Shown: positions 36,090-50,255, counted from the first letter of the stretch. The stretch is 64,000 bases of DNA from Epiperipatus broadwayi (GCA_028023455.1 JAQFVV010000011.1:5208001-5272000), one strand, 5' to 3'. The notes: generated by a model not told the origin, from the sequence alone. Numbers and translations: made by a program.

Positions 36090-36525
36090 AGGTCGACATT
36101 TTTTAGAAGATAAATAAAGCGAGCTTATCGCTCGCGATTATTTTTTAATTCATTTATTGCTTAAATTGAGCCTACCTTTTTATTATCATATATTTATATT
36201 CACTAGTATTTTAGTTAAATAATGGAGGTTAATAGGAAATTCTGTCTTTATTTTGAAAAATCTACATAGCAAATTTAAAAACATTTCCCCCCCTTTAAAA
36301 TCAGGTAAATTACATTTTCTTTTTTTAACCCATTTCAAAATATTTGTTCAACTGTTTCTAAGAGCTTTACGCATGCGTCTAGAATTGGAGCCTCGTTTTA
36401 AGTATTCAAACTGTATACAGTAAATATATAAAAAAAGAACGCGTTGGTAACCATGTGCCTAATTGTAAAATTACTTTTGAAAACAATAAATAAATAAATA
36501 AAACGCTGTGTCGTTTAAGTAAGTA
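36090..36525. promoter_or_regulatory. CpG-rich promoter-like island, possibly bidirectional
   Basis: About a dozen CpGs in ~430 bp in CpG-poor DNA, palindromes ACGCATGCGT and ACGCGT. Candidate donors: plus AA|GTAAGT at ~36519 and minus AG|GTAGGC at ~36175. Confidence 0.5.
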
Positions 36526-38958
36526 ACATAGACTATATACATATATTTTTTTTATTAAGAAGGTAGACATAGTTTCATTGTTTCTTGAAGTAAATAATTA
36601 TATTTTTTGCTGAAAATTATTTATATTAAGTTAAACGTAAAGTTCTGTAAATACAAGACTGTAAACATCCAATCGTAGTACTGTTTCATATTTTTGTTTA
36701 AATTTTCCTTTTTTGAAAAATAGAGTGAGGTAGGCCAAATATGTTTATAATTTTATTTCCTTGAATGCTAATTAAACATCTCTACTGGCAAATTGGTTTT
36801 ATGATATCAAAAAGTTGGCAAAGAGCACTGATGAAGCAAATAAACATTTGATTATTTATAATAGTTTGCTATTGGTTTCATCAATGTTTTATAAAAATTA
36901 GTATAGAGACTCCTATTCAAGATTTATCATGAAGCAATGATACCGATGTTGCTAGATTCCTATTTTCTTTTCTCTCACATATTTTGTAAAATTTTAATTT
37001 TTAATAAAGATTTAATTATATTTCAGTATACCAAGCAATGTATGTATACGTATATATTCATAATACACACATTTATACAAATGCATATAATATATCCATA
37101 TCAGTACACTAGTAAATAGAATATTTGCAAACTAAATTATCTACTCTGAAGGTCAGTGAGTGTCTAGGCAATAGGGTGTTAAAAGCAGTCTTCAAAAGTT
37201 AATCAATGATAGTTTGACAGCGTTTGTGATTTTTTAAATACCTATTATTTAACTTTATATTTAGCTCATCTCGTTTAATAATGATATGTAGTTATAAATT
37301 GATGAAATTCTTAGGAATTTCATTATTGAATGTGTGTTAACACTTACGTATCATCTTAAGTACATATATTAAATTCTCTGCTTGATGGTAATAATCCACA
37401 ATTTTTTTTGGTGATAATTTTGATTATTTGTCACTTAACATAACTTATTTTAGCATTCAGCAATAGACTTACATTACATAAACTTTACATAAAGTATAAG
37501 TTTTTTGCCTGAACTCCATTGCAGAAACTTATCTACCATATTATAAATTAAAATATATAATTATACTGTAATAATTCTATGCTTTAATATGCATAATATT
37601 CACACAAAGCAAAAATTTGAAAAATGCTTATTATTCATGCAGAACATCTTCAAAAATAAAATTGTTGTAACACTTGCTTTTAGAAGAGAGTTTTATGTAT
37701 AGAAAGTGCATTTAAGGATTTAATTACTGGTTCCATAGTAAACATTTTTGGAATTTTTATTACATATAAGAATTATATTAATACATAAACTCTTTAACAT
37801 CATCAAAGTGGATAACTGATTATCATCTCAAAATTGTTAAATATTAAATAGGGCAATTAACATATTCCGCTTGTATATATATATAACAAGTGATTTATAC
37901 CAATAATCTTCCCAAATAGATAAAGTAGAAAAATAAATATTACCAAAAAAAAAAAAATTAAAGTGTAAACCATCTCCCTAAGCACTCAAGCTTCTCAGTT
38001 TTATGATAGGCTATAGGCCACTCAGTAGATAAAGCACAGAGAAAGTTTACAATATTTGTCCAAGTATTAAGAGTTAACCTAAGGGTGAATAAAAAATGCA
38101 TCACACTTTTTATGCTAACCCAAAATTCATAAAATAATAAATATAGTGGAAAAGAAGGTTAAATTTTTTCTGTACTTTATTTAATAATCTCCCAGCAGTC
38201 ATTAAACAGGCTTTCTATGAAGCTATAGTGTGAATATATGAAGTAATTTTTGTTTACACTTTGACTTTTTTGATAAATATCTATTAAACTTTGTTTATTT
38301 ATTCTGGCTAAACTTATTAATATGAATCATTAATTTATCGTTATGGATTTTTTTTCAAGAGGTTAGAAAGTATTATTATTATTTTTGGTTTTTCACTTTG
38401 ATTTGCCTATGTAATCACATGTGATATTTATCTTGTATATGTTGGATACATAGGAAAATATGTTGTAAAATGTAAAGTGCAGGAATGATGAATTTTTTAA
38501 ACTTGCATTAAAAAAAATATATATATATATAGTAGTTAATAATATGCAATTGTCGATTAATTAGAAACAAAAATTGTATATCAGGTGTCATTATGGATCA
38601 GTTTTTAATTTTTTAATATTTAATTTCCAAAGTAAGAAAATATTAGTATATATGTATATGTGCATCAGTTATTAAATATTGTAGTTTTAAAGGAAAAATA
38701 TTTTTTTATTGAATAAAATTTTCATTAGCATATTTAATAATGTTAATAATAATTTGAAAAGAAAAATAAATTTTATTTAATATTTGAGAAAAAAATTGAT
38801 TTAATGTATTGAATTGTGAATGCTAACTGGTTTATAATTAATGATTAATGAAAATACAAGAAGTATTGTATTTACTTGTCATGATCTATATCTCAAATTT
38901 AATATAATATAGTTCACATAAAAAGCCATTGTATGAGATGCATTATAGATGATGCTAA

Positions 38959-38990
38959 TACAGGCTGTCCTCGACTTTCGAACCTAATTA
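38959..38990 (+). mobile_element. Tigger/pogo-like terminal inverted repeat remnant
   Basis: TA followed by CAGGCTGTCCTCGACTTTCGAAC resembles Tigger-type termini. No partner TIR seen. Confidence 0.45.
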
Positions 38991-39059
38991 GTTCCTGAAA
39001 CTTGTATGAAAGTTGAAATGTAACAAAGTAAATCATTTACAAAATACTCTGCAGAAAAT

Positions 39060-40703
39060 AATGCTTTGGCAGCATTCAACGCCTTGCATGGTAACCGGAG
39101 CTACTCCTGCGGAACTGCTACTGGGAAGGAGATTAAGAATGAAATTGTCATTAATCAATCCAAAGGAAAATAGAGCGAGCTGAAGAATTATGATAACGCG
39201 GAGTTTGAAATCTGAGCTGCAGTATGGATTCGTGCTGTGTTGAGAAAAACTTGGCTTAAAGGGACAATAGAAAAGATTGTCAAATTATATGGTAGTTATT
39301 AGGGGTGAAAGTGATGTAAGATATAGACGCCATGAAATCCATGTTAGAGGGTGGGAAATAACAGACATATTCGATTTTGGAATGAAGAATTTGGGAACTG
39401 AAAAGAAAATATGCAATCCATAGGCAGAGATTTGTGAAAACCAAAATGATAATGCCATTAGAGGAGAAGTATCAGAAGAAAATGAAAGTTCACAAATGCT
39501 TATAGAACAGGAAGAAGCAGAAAGTGTACTTTTAGAAAAAAAATCACCCAGACCTATTTGGGAAAAGCGTAAACTGAATAGATTTCAAGTTTATATATAA
39601 TAAAGTAAATGGGGTATTTTCTGGAATGGGGGAGGTATTATGTTTGGAAAGAATATTACCTTAGTAACTGCAATTACTATAAATTATAAAGCTAGGATTT
39701 GTGACTCCAGAAAAAATAGTAAAGAATAGAAACTTAAATATAGAATGATATTGTAAGTTAAAAGCAATGAAAAAAGATTGTTGATAGATAAAAGAAATGT
39801 GAATAATAATGCCGGAAAAGCTTAATGGATTTAAGTATAGAAAAGGCTAGTGTTGTTTAATTAGAGCATTAAGCTATTTTAAACTAATTAAATAAAAGAA
39901 TACAGAGGAAGGTCAATTTAATCAATATTTGGAAGACTAATTGAAGGTGAAGGGAATGTACATTGACGCAATTAAAAGTTTGATGATAATTTGTGAAAAG
40001 ACGCATTACTGAGGGGGGGATAGGTTATTGTAAATAGCTATTACTTTTTATAATAATGAATACCAGATATTAAACTGTGAAAAGGTATATCAGTGTGTAC
40101 TTAAAAGAGCAGTATCTTTTTCTTAGCCTTCGTGTGATGATGCTGTTGCATCATGTGACATCAGGAAGAAAGGACCCAAAGAAAAAGCTGATGGAAAAGT
40201 TGTAGTGACTTTTCTGCTATGAGGGACATCAACCCAGACATTGAGCCTCTGTGGGTGCAAACAGCCAGATAGAACTTAAGCAGATCGCACCAGTCTTTTT
40301 TATTTGTGTATGCCTGATAAGGCTCATGAGAACTGTGCAGAATTGAACTGTGAGTATAAACAATTTTTTAGTTATTTACTCAGGTCTAAGAATAATGAAG
40401 ACTGGTTAGTTGTTAATTGTGGGAAATATTAGCATTTAGTGGGAAATAGTCCTCCAATTCAAGGACTGATTTGATCACGTTAGCAAATTCAGAATTTTAG
40501 GAAGATATATGTGTGGGAATAACTGCCAGGTTATCAGTTGTTAGTAGTCATCAGAATTACTGAAGGCATAATTGTATATAAGGTGTTATGTATATTAATG
40601 TAAATAAATATATATTTCATCTTTATTTTGAGATTATTCTATAAAACTTATAGTCTATAATTTTTATTTTGTTGACATTCAGATTCGTGGATAAATACAC
40701 AAC
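39060..40703 (+). mobile_element. Gypsy LTR-retrotransposon 3' remnant (integrase C-terminus, PPT, 3' LTR)
   Basis: HSTPCMVTGATPAELLLGRRLRMKLSLINP and VWIR...WLKGTI. PPT-like GGGGGAGG at ~39628. Putative LTR ~39636-40703 ending ACAACA with AATAAA near 40603. Confidence 0.75.
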
Positions 40704-41339
40704 AAACTTAATATCGGGTGCTTTCTTTATAAATTTATCAAGTGATAGTTGAATTGTAATCTTTTTTTTCTTTTCTGTAACATGCTATGTTTTTTCTAAG
40801 GCCCTTGTACGAAATAGTGAATGAACGAAAGTAGAATGTATGAAAGGGGAGGTGCTCCTGTATTTTTTTTTATTTTTCAAAATGTCTAAAGATTTCTGGA
40901 ATAAAATTTCAAGATACCATTATTTCACTTTGGGGATTCTTATTTTATTATTTCAGTTAATCAGTTTAATTTATTAGTTTACAGCTGATGTTTAAAACAA
41001 ACAAAAAAAAAAAACGTTTGTTCTTAATAAGGACAGTTTGAAATCAAATCATTAAAAAAATTAAAACTGAAGTTTTTCTTTTACTAAAGAATCTGGTTAT
41101 TTCGTGAATTTTGAAAGTTTTATAAATTGCCTAAATCTGATAGAAAATTAATTTTAGATCTGTGATGTTAGAAAATTTATCTATAATTTTAATCTTTATG
41201 TTTTTAATTATTTGATTCCAAATCTGTGATGGTTTTTTTTAATCTAAAAAATACTTGAAGCCATTGGAAATATTATCATTATTAAATGTTTTTATTTTAT
41301 GTCAGAAGAAAAAGTGGTAATAGATATAAAAAAAAAGAA

Positions 41340-43950
41340 GCAAGAATTAAGAAGGCTAAAGATTTTTCAAGGGAATGATTAGGAAATTTCAAAGAGCTTC
41401 CAGAAAATTACTAGGAGTAATATTAAACAATATTTACATAGAAAAATGGAAACAAGTTTTGAAATCTTTCAGGATTTGTGATATTAAAATGTTTTATCTG
41501 TAAATAAGTCTGCAGAAAACTGTGAGAGAATAAAGTATAATTTAGTAACAATGAAATCAAACTGAGATGAAATATGAAGAAAAGCTATTCCTCAAAGTCA
41601 TCAACTAACTTGAGATCATTGCCTAAAGATAAGGACATTGAAATTGTTAGCATTGCATCAAAAATTTTGGAGGAAAAAGCAGAAGAATCAATAGAAGAAC
41701 TCACTAAATTATGGCAATTAATTTGGAAAACTATTCAATAGTCTGCAGATTGATTATTTTAAATCAAGTAGTATTTTTATATATCTCTTATGGTATATGC
41801 AATTATTCATAAAATCTCAAGCATAAATATTGAAAGAGAACTGTCAGATATACAAACTAGTTCAGAAAAGATTAGAAAATTAGAATTATCATCTTGTTTA
41901 CGGATAAGATCAGAAAGAAGTCTTATATTATTTTATTGATTACATCAAGACCTTTGATTCAATCGACTAAACTAAATTATAGACTATTTATAGAAAATGA
42001 GTATATTAGAACATTTTGTTATTCTTACGAGACTAGAAGTTTAAATGGATTACAATATAACAGACAGGTTCACTTTGACAAACTCTCCATATAGTAGTGC
42101 TATCCACTACAAGCCATAGTAATCAATAGAAAGTTTGTGAATAAAATCTCCAGCTAGTGCCTACTCATCCATTATCCCCAGATTAGTTACTATCTTGTGG
42201 CTTTCATCAGTGAGGAATCATGGATCTGAGAGTGTTGTACTTAGATCTTTGAATCTAATGCAATCCTCTAGCAACCACCTTTTACCTTTTTAGTTAACTA
42301 TAAAGCTATAAGGTCAAAATGAAATGGGTTTTGGTCCAAGCTCATTCGATTGTATAGTCAAATAGATCTGAACATATTTCAGTATCTATACATTTTTGGT
42401 GTCTTTGGTTTTTTAATAACCGTAGTGACCATCATTCTATAGCAGAGATGTTATTAAACCACTAAACTTAACATGATCACCATTTCATATACTTACACAA
42501 GGTGTTAAAGCAGTGACAAACTCCATACAGGAGTGCCACCCAATGGTTGCAAGAGGATTTGTTACTGTTTTAATAACTTGTGTGAGCATAGGAAATGATG
42601 GTCATATGATGTTTAATAGTTTAATACTGTTCATGCTTATAGGATGATGATGACTATGGTTATTAGAGAAGCAAAGACACCAAGATATATAGAAACTGAA
42701 TTGGGTTCAGATCTGTATGACTACAAGTGAAATGATCTTGGATTGAAAACATTATTATGTTGTCATTTTGAATTCATAACTTTATAGTTATCTAAAAAGG
42801 TAAAGAGTGGCTGCTAGAGGGTTGCATTAGGTCGTAAGATGTAGGTGCAATACTCTCATATCCAAGGCTCCTCACTGATGAAAGCCACAAGCTAAAAACT
42901 AGTTTGGGAATATTGGATTGGATAAGTAGGCACTAGATAGGAATTCTATGCATAAACCTTCTTGCATCTATTTATTATTATGGCCTGTACTGGGATGGCA
43001 CTACTATATGGAGAGTTGCTTGTGTAAGCATAGGAAATGGTGATCATGTGATGTTTAGAAATTTCGTTTTGTCAAAGGATTGTAAATATTCTCAATACGT
43101 ATAATGAGTTCCACCAGTTTGGATAAAGACAACTGGTGGAAGAAACATTAACAATTTTGGATATGTTGATGAGTATACAATTACAACTAAAAGTATAAAA
43201 GATCTATCTTGTATTAAGAAATTTAAACAAAGCGGAAATTAAGATTGTGATTATAGTGCCGGCAGTTGTCTTCAGAAATTGATAATGAAGGCATAGATAT
43301 AGTTGACCATTTTGCTTTCTTGAATCATTCATCAACAGCAAATAATCCAGTAGGAAAATAGTTTTTTACATATTAAAAACTTGTCAGAGTTGCAATAAAA
43401 AACATAGATTTTTTTTTTATAAATACAGAGATATATTAAAATGAGGATCAAAATTAATAAACAGTGGCCTTCCTATGACTTTCTATGATGTGAAAATAGG
43501 ATGCTAAATAAATAAATTAATAATGGTTTATTGTTTGGGAAATTAAGTGACTGAGTGGAGCTTTAATTGAGCAACCTTAACTTTTGATTATGTTATTCTA
43601 TCACTGTACTAAACCATGCAGGACATTTAGATATTGTAGAAATAGAGAAAGTTTTGAAGTACTGGTACTTCTGAAATGTCATTCTGGCAAATTCTTGAGA
43701 ATACCATGGAAATAATATGAATAAATAAATACTTAAACATATTGGATTTAAACTTCTTTCTAAAAATAGATGACTTGTGTGAAATTATCTTGTTTAATTG
43801 TATCATGGGAAAGTTTATTAGAAAAAGGAAAAGGACCTAGAAAGCTTGATGGTGAAAAAAAAAAAGGATAATTACTTTAATGAGATGGATAGATTTAGTT
43901 ATTACAATAATGAAATGCCTTTGAGAAGTTTGAAAAATCAACGGACAGTA
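41340..43950 (+). mobile_element. Very old RTE/BovB-like LINE, interrupted
   Basis: Residual motifs IDYIKTFDSID (~41935), GRNINNFGYVDE (~43138) and MRWIDL (~43880). Confidence 0.65.
42083..43062. mobile_element. Hammerhead-bearing repeat, head-to-head pair of full monomers
   Basis: Minus monomer ~42083-42545 (HHR 42167-42225) and plus monomer ~42550-43058 (HHR 42860-42918). Degraded 14-bp TSD TTCACTTTGACAAA / TTCGTTTTGTCAAA (11/14). Confidence 0.88.
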
Positions 43951-44399
43951 AGTAGGTGTATTTTGGGGAATGTTATTTAGCATGATCACCAAAGATTGAT
44001 GTCAATTTGATGGCACCTAATAATAACTAACTTCAATTATTAATTCTTGCAATTTGGTATTTAGCTCATTTGAATGCAGATATAAATTTGTGATACCATT
44101 GAGCTAGAAATCCATTCAATGTTTAATAATTTTTTCTATATCAGTCATTACATTGTTTCTGAATTTTCGTTGGATCATTGAAATTACTTTATCTTGCTTA
44201 AATCAACCTTGTGATATGTATTTTAATCTTTTGAACACTCATTTTATCTTAAAGTTTATATGTTAGACACAAGTATCTGATAATATTGTAATAAATTAAA
44301 AAATCTTGTTTTTTTGCTAGTCATTCTGAAAATAACATCAGTAATTATAGTTATTACCTTTAACAGTTGTCCTTCTGTTTCAGAAAAATTATTTATAAC

Positions 44400-44650
44400 T
44401 GCTCTCCAGATGTCTGTCTATCTTATTGTTCTAATAGTGAATCTAAATCAAACAATTCTTCCTTAAGTTTCTTTCCAACAAAATAATGAATAAAAAATTG
44501 TTCATGAATACTCATGATATCAGTGTTGTCATCAAGACAAAAAAAAATTAAATTACATAATTTTGTAATAACTTTTTGAAGGAATATTATATTTCTCTCA
44601 CTTTTCAAAATTCTATTTTTTGCTATCTATGTTGCTATAGGCAAATTTTA
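44400..44650 (-). pseudogene. Second, older hAT transposase fragment
   Basis: FCLDDNTDIMSIHEQFFIHYF...KEELFDLDSL parallels SLEDESTDIQ...KEEMLDLLAL of the 21-kb copy. Confidence 0.6.
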
Positions 44651-45118
44651 TATTCATTGAGTGATTTTGTTCATTTCCAAATTGTACAAAAAGATATGTC
44701 ACATGTTAACCATGCTTCTTGAATGTGTATTCTTATCAATAAATAGTTTCCATGTTTAATGGTAACATTTCAGATAACAAACAGCAATTACATTTTTATT
44801 CATTTATTATGGGCCATTCAAAAATGAACATGGTCTTTCTACCTTCAGAATTTAAAAAAAAACAAAGCAAAATAAAAAATAAAAGAAAGATGAGTTTTGG
44901 AAACATTGTATAAACTAATTCACAAATATGTTCATATATATCACAAACTTATTTTTTAGTCATTTATTTGACATCTTGCAATGCAATGCTGATGAGCATT
45001 ATCATCTACAGTGAGACAGATTGGTTCTCATGATAAAGTGTGTGTGCGTGTATATATATTTAAAGCTTAAAAGGAAAAATAGAAATGAACACGGACAAAG
45101 TTTACTATATACATTTAT

Positions 45119-46015
45119 AAACTGTAATAGTAATAATCAGCTATTAAGCTAATGCACATGCCCTTTGTGGATTTTTTAACTATAAATGAATACTATCACT
45201 TCCGAACACAAGATAAAGTCTTTGTGAAAAGATAGAATGAATCCATCTATCCTTTTTACCCAAAAGTTTATGTATGGGAAAATCTTAAGCTTTTGGGAAT
45301 GAGAGCGTGAAGATGTCAAGCAATCACTTTAAATTACCTTTACTATGCCTGAATGAATGACGCTTGTGAAATTTACTAGAATTTACGATACGTCATTCTT
45401 AGTTGAAATTAAACATATGTAAATGAGATATTTATTTTATATATCGCGATGTTTTTATAAACTGTAATAGTAATAATCAGCCATTAAACTAATGCACATG
45501 CGCTTTGTGGATTTTTAACCATAAATGAATATTGTCACTTCCAAACACAAGATAAAGTCTTTGTGAAAATATAGAATGAATCCATTTATCCTTTCTACCC
45601 AAATGTTTATGTATGGACAAATCTTAATGGCTGATTATTACTATTACAGTTTATAAAAATATCACGCTATATAAAATAAATATCTCATTTACATATATTT
45701 AATTTCAACTAAGAATAATGTATCGTAAATTCTAGTAAATTTTGCAAGCGTCATTCATTCAGGCATAGTAAAGGTAATTTAAAGTGATTGCTTAACATCT
45801 TCACGCTCTCATTCCCAAATGCTTAAGATTTGCCCATACATAAATGTTTGGGTAGAAAGGCTAGATGGATTCATTCTATCTTTTCACAAAGAATTTATCT
45901 AGTGTTTGGAAGTGAAGAGTATTCATTTATAGTTAAAAATCCACAAAGTGCATGTGCTGATTATTACTATTACAGTTTATAAAAACATTGCGCTATATAA
46001 AATAAATATCTCATT
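45119..46015. mobile_element. Repeat family I: 340-bp tandem monomers plus inverted copy
   Basis: TTTATAAACTGTAATAG recurs at 45114 and 45454. Orientation flips at 45627/45628. 13-bp TSD TATATACATTTAT at 45106-45118 and 46016-46028. Confidence 0.9.
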
Positions 46016-46389
46016 TATATACATTTATTTAAAAAATATAATCTGGAATAACTGAAGTATTGATTAAATATTAATTTATGATATTTTTAAATAATTGTAA
46101 ATTATTTAAAATCAAATAATAATAAAACTTTTTTTAATACAGGTATTTTTATGGAATTTATTTTTGATTTTAAAGAAAATGTAAAATTCATAATGTAACA
46201 AAGAAGAAAAAATATTTTTGAATAAAATGGTGTTTTTTTCCTTTATAATGTACATTAATTATTGTTAATCCTATGTTTTTATTTTAAAATTGAAGCATTT
46301 TTTTAAACATTTTGGTATTGGTAAATGTAAATTGAAAAATAGAATAATTGTAATTGAGTTATTATCTTGCTTTTGTTTATTAAATGAAA

Positions 46390-47420
46390 TAATAATGTGA
46401 AAGACTGAAACCTTTGTCAGATGCGCCTTAAAAATGCTTAGCCAATCAGATGTAATAATGACTGCATAGGGAAAAAGATGGTTCCACTTTCTTCTCTACT
46501 TAAATTTCTATATAAATAAGCCAGTCTCAAGCATTTTAACCTAAGAGCGTGAAGCTTTAAACACATTCACATTTAACTCACTAAATATTATATATAAATA
46601 AACAATGTGAAATCTTTCGATTTACTACGAAGTAATTTTCAAATCCAGTGAATTGATAGTAACAATTGTAAATATATTTATTTATTAAGCACAAGCAGAT
46701 TATATAATAATAACATGAAAGGCTGAAATCTTTGTCAGATGCACCTTAAAAGTGCTTATATGACTGCCAATCAGATGTTATAATGACTGCACAGGGAACT
46801 CTCAAGTCAAAACACAAGGCAAAAATTTTAGGTTAAAATGCTTGAGACTGGCTTATTTATATAGAGATTTAAGTAGAGAAGAAGATGGAACCATCTTTTT
46901 CTTGTAAAATCTTTGCCTGTGTTTTGACTTGTGAGTTCCCTTTGTAGTCATTATTACATCTGATTGGCTGTCATATAAGCATTTTAAAGGTGCATCTGAC
47001 AAAGCTTTCAGCCTTTCACATTATCATTATATAATCTCCTTGCACCTAATAAATAAATATATGTACATTTGTTACTATCAATTCATGGGATTTGAAAATT
47101 ACTTCATAGTAAATCAAAAGATTTCACATTGTTTATATGTAATATTTAGTGACTTAAATGTGAAGATGTTTAAAGCTTCATGCTCTTAGGTTAAAATGCT
47201 TGAGACGGGCTAATTTATATAGAAATTTAAGTAGAGAAGAAGGTGGAACCATCTTTTTCTCATAAAATCTTTGCCTTGTGTTTTGACTTTAGAGTTCCCT
47301 GTGCAATCATTATTACATCTGATTGGCTGTCATATAAGCATTTTTAAGTTGCATCTGACAAAGGTTTCAGCCTTTCATATTATTATTATATAATCTGCTT
47401 GCACTTAATAAATAAATATA
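46390..47420. mobile_element. Repeat family J: ~358-bp tandem monomers plus inverted copy
   Basis: TAGGTTAAAATGCTTGAGAC at 46829 and 47187. Orientation flips at 46828/46829. 14-bp TSD TTTATTAAATGAAA at 46376-46389 and 47421-47434. Confidence 0.9.
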
Positions 47421-49354
47421 TTTATTAAATGAAAATAACTTACTATAATTTCCTTGTTTTCAAATTCCTCTGTATACTATAAATAGTGAATTCAAATTAA
47501 TAGATTTTTAATCAGAGACTGTTGAGATAGTGCAAGCCAGCTTCGATGATAGGATAACTGTTGCTAGATTCCATGTTGGTTGAGATTAAATTTCCAGAGA
47601 AGTAGGAATGCCTTTTTTTAGTATGTTTTACATATCACATATGTGTAATAGATACCACTTGCTGCTGGTAAAATTCAGAAATAATAAAAACTGAATGGAA
47701 ATTGAGAACTGCCAACATTATTATAATGATATATAAACCAGAACATGACACAATATGGAGCCAGAACATTGAGAGATTCTAATATATGTGGAAGCACAGA
47801 TGAAAGAAATTACTGTTAGTGGTATATGAACTATTGTAATCGAGTTGTACCCACTAGGAATTGTTGTGGTGAGCTTTTTACACTAGAGAAATGATTATTT
47901 GCTTAATCAATAACCGATGGGGACCGTAGACAAGATGGACTGATTATAGCCGAAAATTTAATCCTATCCTGATGGATGATGACCAGACCGAAGTTGATAT
48001 CAAGCACTAGTCTTAAAGCAAACACAGTCATATTTGCTGATCATTATTTACTCCACATATACATTATTATTCTAATAAATAAATAATTTCTTTTTAAATT
48101 AATATATCAAGGCTGCTAGATCATAATATATTTTAACTCTTAAACATACATCAAATACTTGACTGATAGATGAGAAATAATTGATTTATTTGCAACATAA
48201 AAAAAACTTAATAAAACAAATGATCTTTTCTAGTCAATAAAAAGTTATAAAATCGACAGAGAAATCAATCAAGCATATAATGGCTAAATTCATTTTAAAG
48301 CTTTTAATCCCTCGCAACTTGATGGACCTCCTAGTCCCAAGGTTAATATGGTAATTAACAAATCTAGTAAGATATAAATGAATATTTTTAAATTTCTTTC
48401 CATATCATGATGTAGATTAAACATTATAATAATAATAATGATGATGATGAAAACTATCAACCTATGAGATTTAACAGAGAAAAATGGATGTTTTGCAAAA
48501 GTAAATCACTTTGATAATTAATTGCAAAGTTAGTATTTATTCATAATGAAGTCAGTTAAAATGATTTTACTGTTGAGCTCAGCATATGGCAATCTTTTTT
48601 TTTGTTTTTTCAGCATTTAAAAATTGAATATATCAACTAAATATTAAGATTTTAGATCATTACTTTATGTATTTTCACTGCTTCATCTATAAATAGTACA
48701 AATGTAGTAGATCCCTCTGACTACAATAAATTTCCCTCAATTGTGCTTAATGATGAAGAAAATCAAATAAATCCTTAAATATATATGCATGGTTTTTCTT
48801 CTTCAGTACACTCATCTTGCAAACCATGGATTATTTCTTCTTTAACTATTTTTGTTTATCAATAGATATCGTGAGTGTTTTTTGTTATAGCCATTAGACA
48901 AATCCAACTTTGGTAGGCATAATATAATCAATAAATAATACTTGGTTTGATGAGAAATGTTCACATAGAAGTGATTGCTATAACATGTTTGATGTACTAC
49001 AAATATATCTATTCAGTATCTAATATTTCAAATTTATGGAGCAGATAGAGCAATTGAGCAAAGAAACAATAGATAGATTAGATCACTTGAAGGACTAGAA
49101 AGAAAAATGAATGAAATAAGTTTTAATGACTGTCCGAATAAAGATAAGTAAGGAAAGATCGAGCAGGTGAATGAAATAGAAGAAATAAAAGCAGAAAATA
49201 GGCAAGAGGTAATTAGCTATATTTGTTCCAATCCTTCCTAGCATGTACTATTTATAGCAGATAATAGCTCATGCTTTATTTATAAGCTTTATTTACAATA
49301 CAATATGTATTGTTTATTGCAGTCCTGTAAATATACAGTACTTTTTAGCAGATA

Positions 49355-50255
49355 CACATATATTGAAGCTGAAATGGATTCAGTTCTATATGATTATACA
49401 AGAAAGTTGACTTAGATTGAAAATATGTTTTTCACTTTGGGCTAACAGCCTAATATTATAATATAGAAATAACTAATAGGAGCTGGGAGGCATATGCATT
49501 AAATCCTAAAGACCCAAATGCACTGTTCCAAAGTTTAAAAGCTCCTCACTGATGAAAACCATATGCTTGAAACTAGTCAGGGTTTTTTATAGGAAGGCAT
49601 GAGATAGGGATTTATTAAGCATTATCATCTGGCAACTAACTATCATTACTTTCTAAAGCTTATATAAAGCTAAAGCTTTAGTACATGCACCTTGAATGCT
49701 TAATTTTAGCAAGAGAGACCTCTACAAATCATAACACAAGATTCGACTTTATAAAGATAAGAGGGACCCTCTTATCTCTAACCTATTTTTCTTAATTGAT
49801 TCAAAATATTTCTAAATTTAATATCTGAATATTGACTCGTTGTAAATCGAAAGATTTTGCGAATGTTAATGTTTAATAGAAATAGTGAACTTAATCAGTG
49901 AAGAATTTATTAGCTTCATGCTCCCAAATCAAAATGCTTTAGATTTGCCTATATAATTAAGAAGAAAAAAAGAAAAAGAAGAAAAATAGGTTAGAGATAA
50001 GAGGGTCCCTCTTATCTTTATAAAGTTGAATCTCATGTTATGACTTGTAGAGGTCTCTCTTGCTAAAATTAAGCACTCAAGGCGCATGTACTAAAGCTTT
50101 AGCTTTATATAAGTATTACGTGCTGACATTGCGCTTAATAAGAATTAATATTTATAACTTTCTAAAGCTTAGTAAGTGGCATAAAGAAGATGATAAAACA
50201 TTACTAAAACAGCAATATGTGAGCTGAAATTATGTGATAGGTCATGTGATGGTTA
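49355..50255 (+). mobile_element. Old copy of the hammerhead repeat family, interrupted by insert K
   Basis: cctca-CTGATGA-aaac-catat-gctt-GAAAC-ta-GTC at 49544-49578. Family sequence resumes after 50171. Confidence 0.7.
49663..50156. mobile_element. Insert K: one ~363-nt monomer related to families I/J plus an inverted partial arm
   Basis: 135-bp inverted arms 49659-49793 and 49979-50113. Perfect 15-bp TSD ACTTTCTAAAGCTTA at 49648-49662 and 50157-50171. Confidence 0.88.

Noticed and set aside
46400-46425. GAAAC-cttt-GTC half-site in family J
   Set aside because: No upstream CUGANGA or stem II, absent from family I, and on the strand opposite the other trace.
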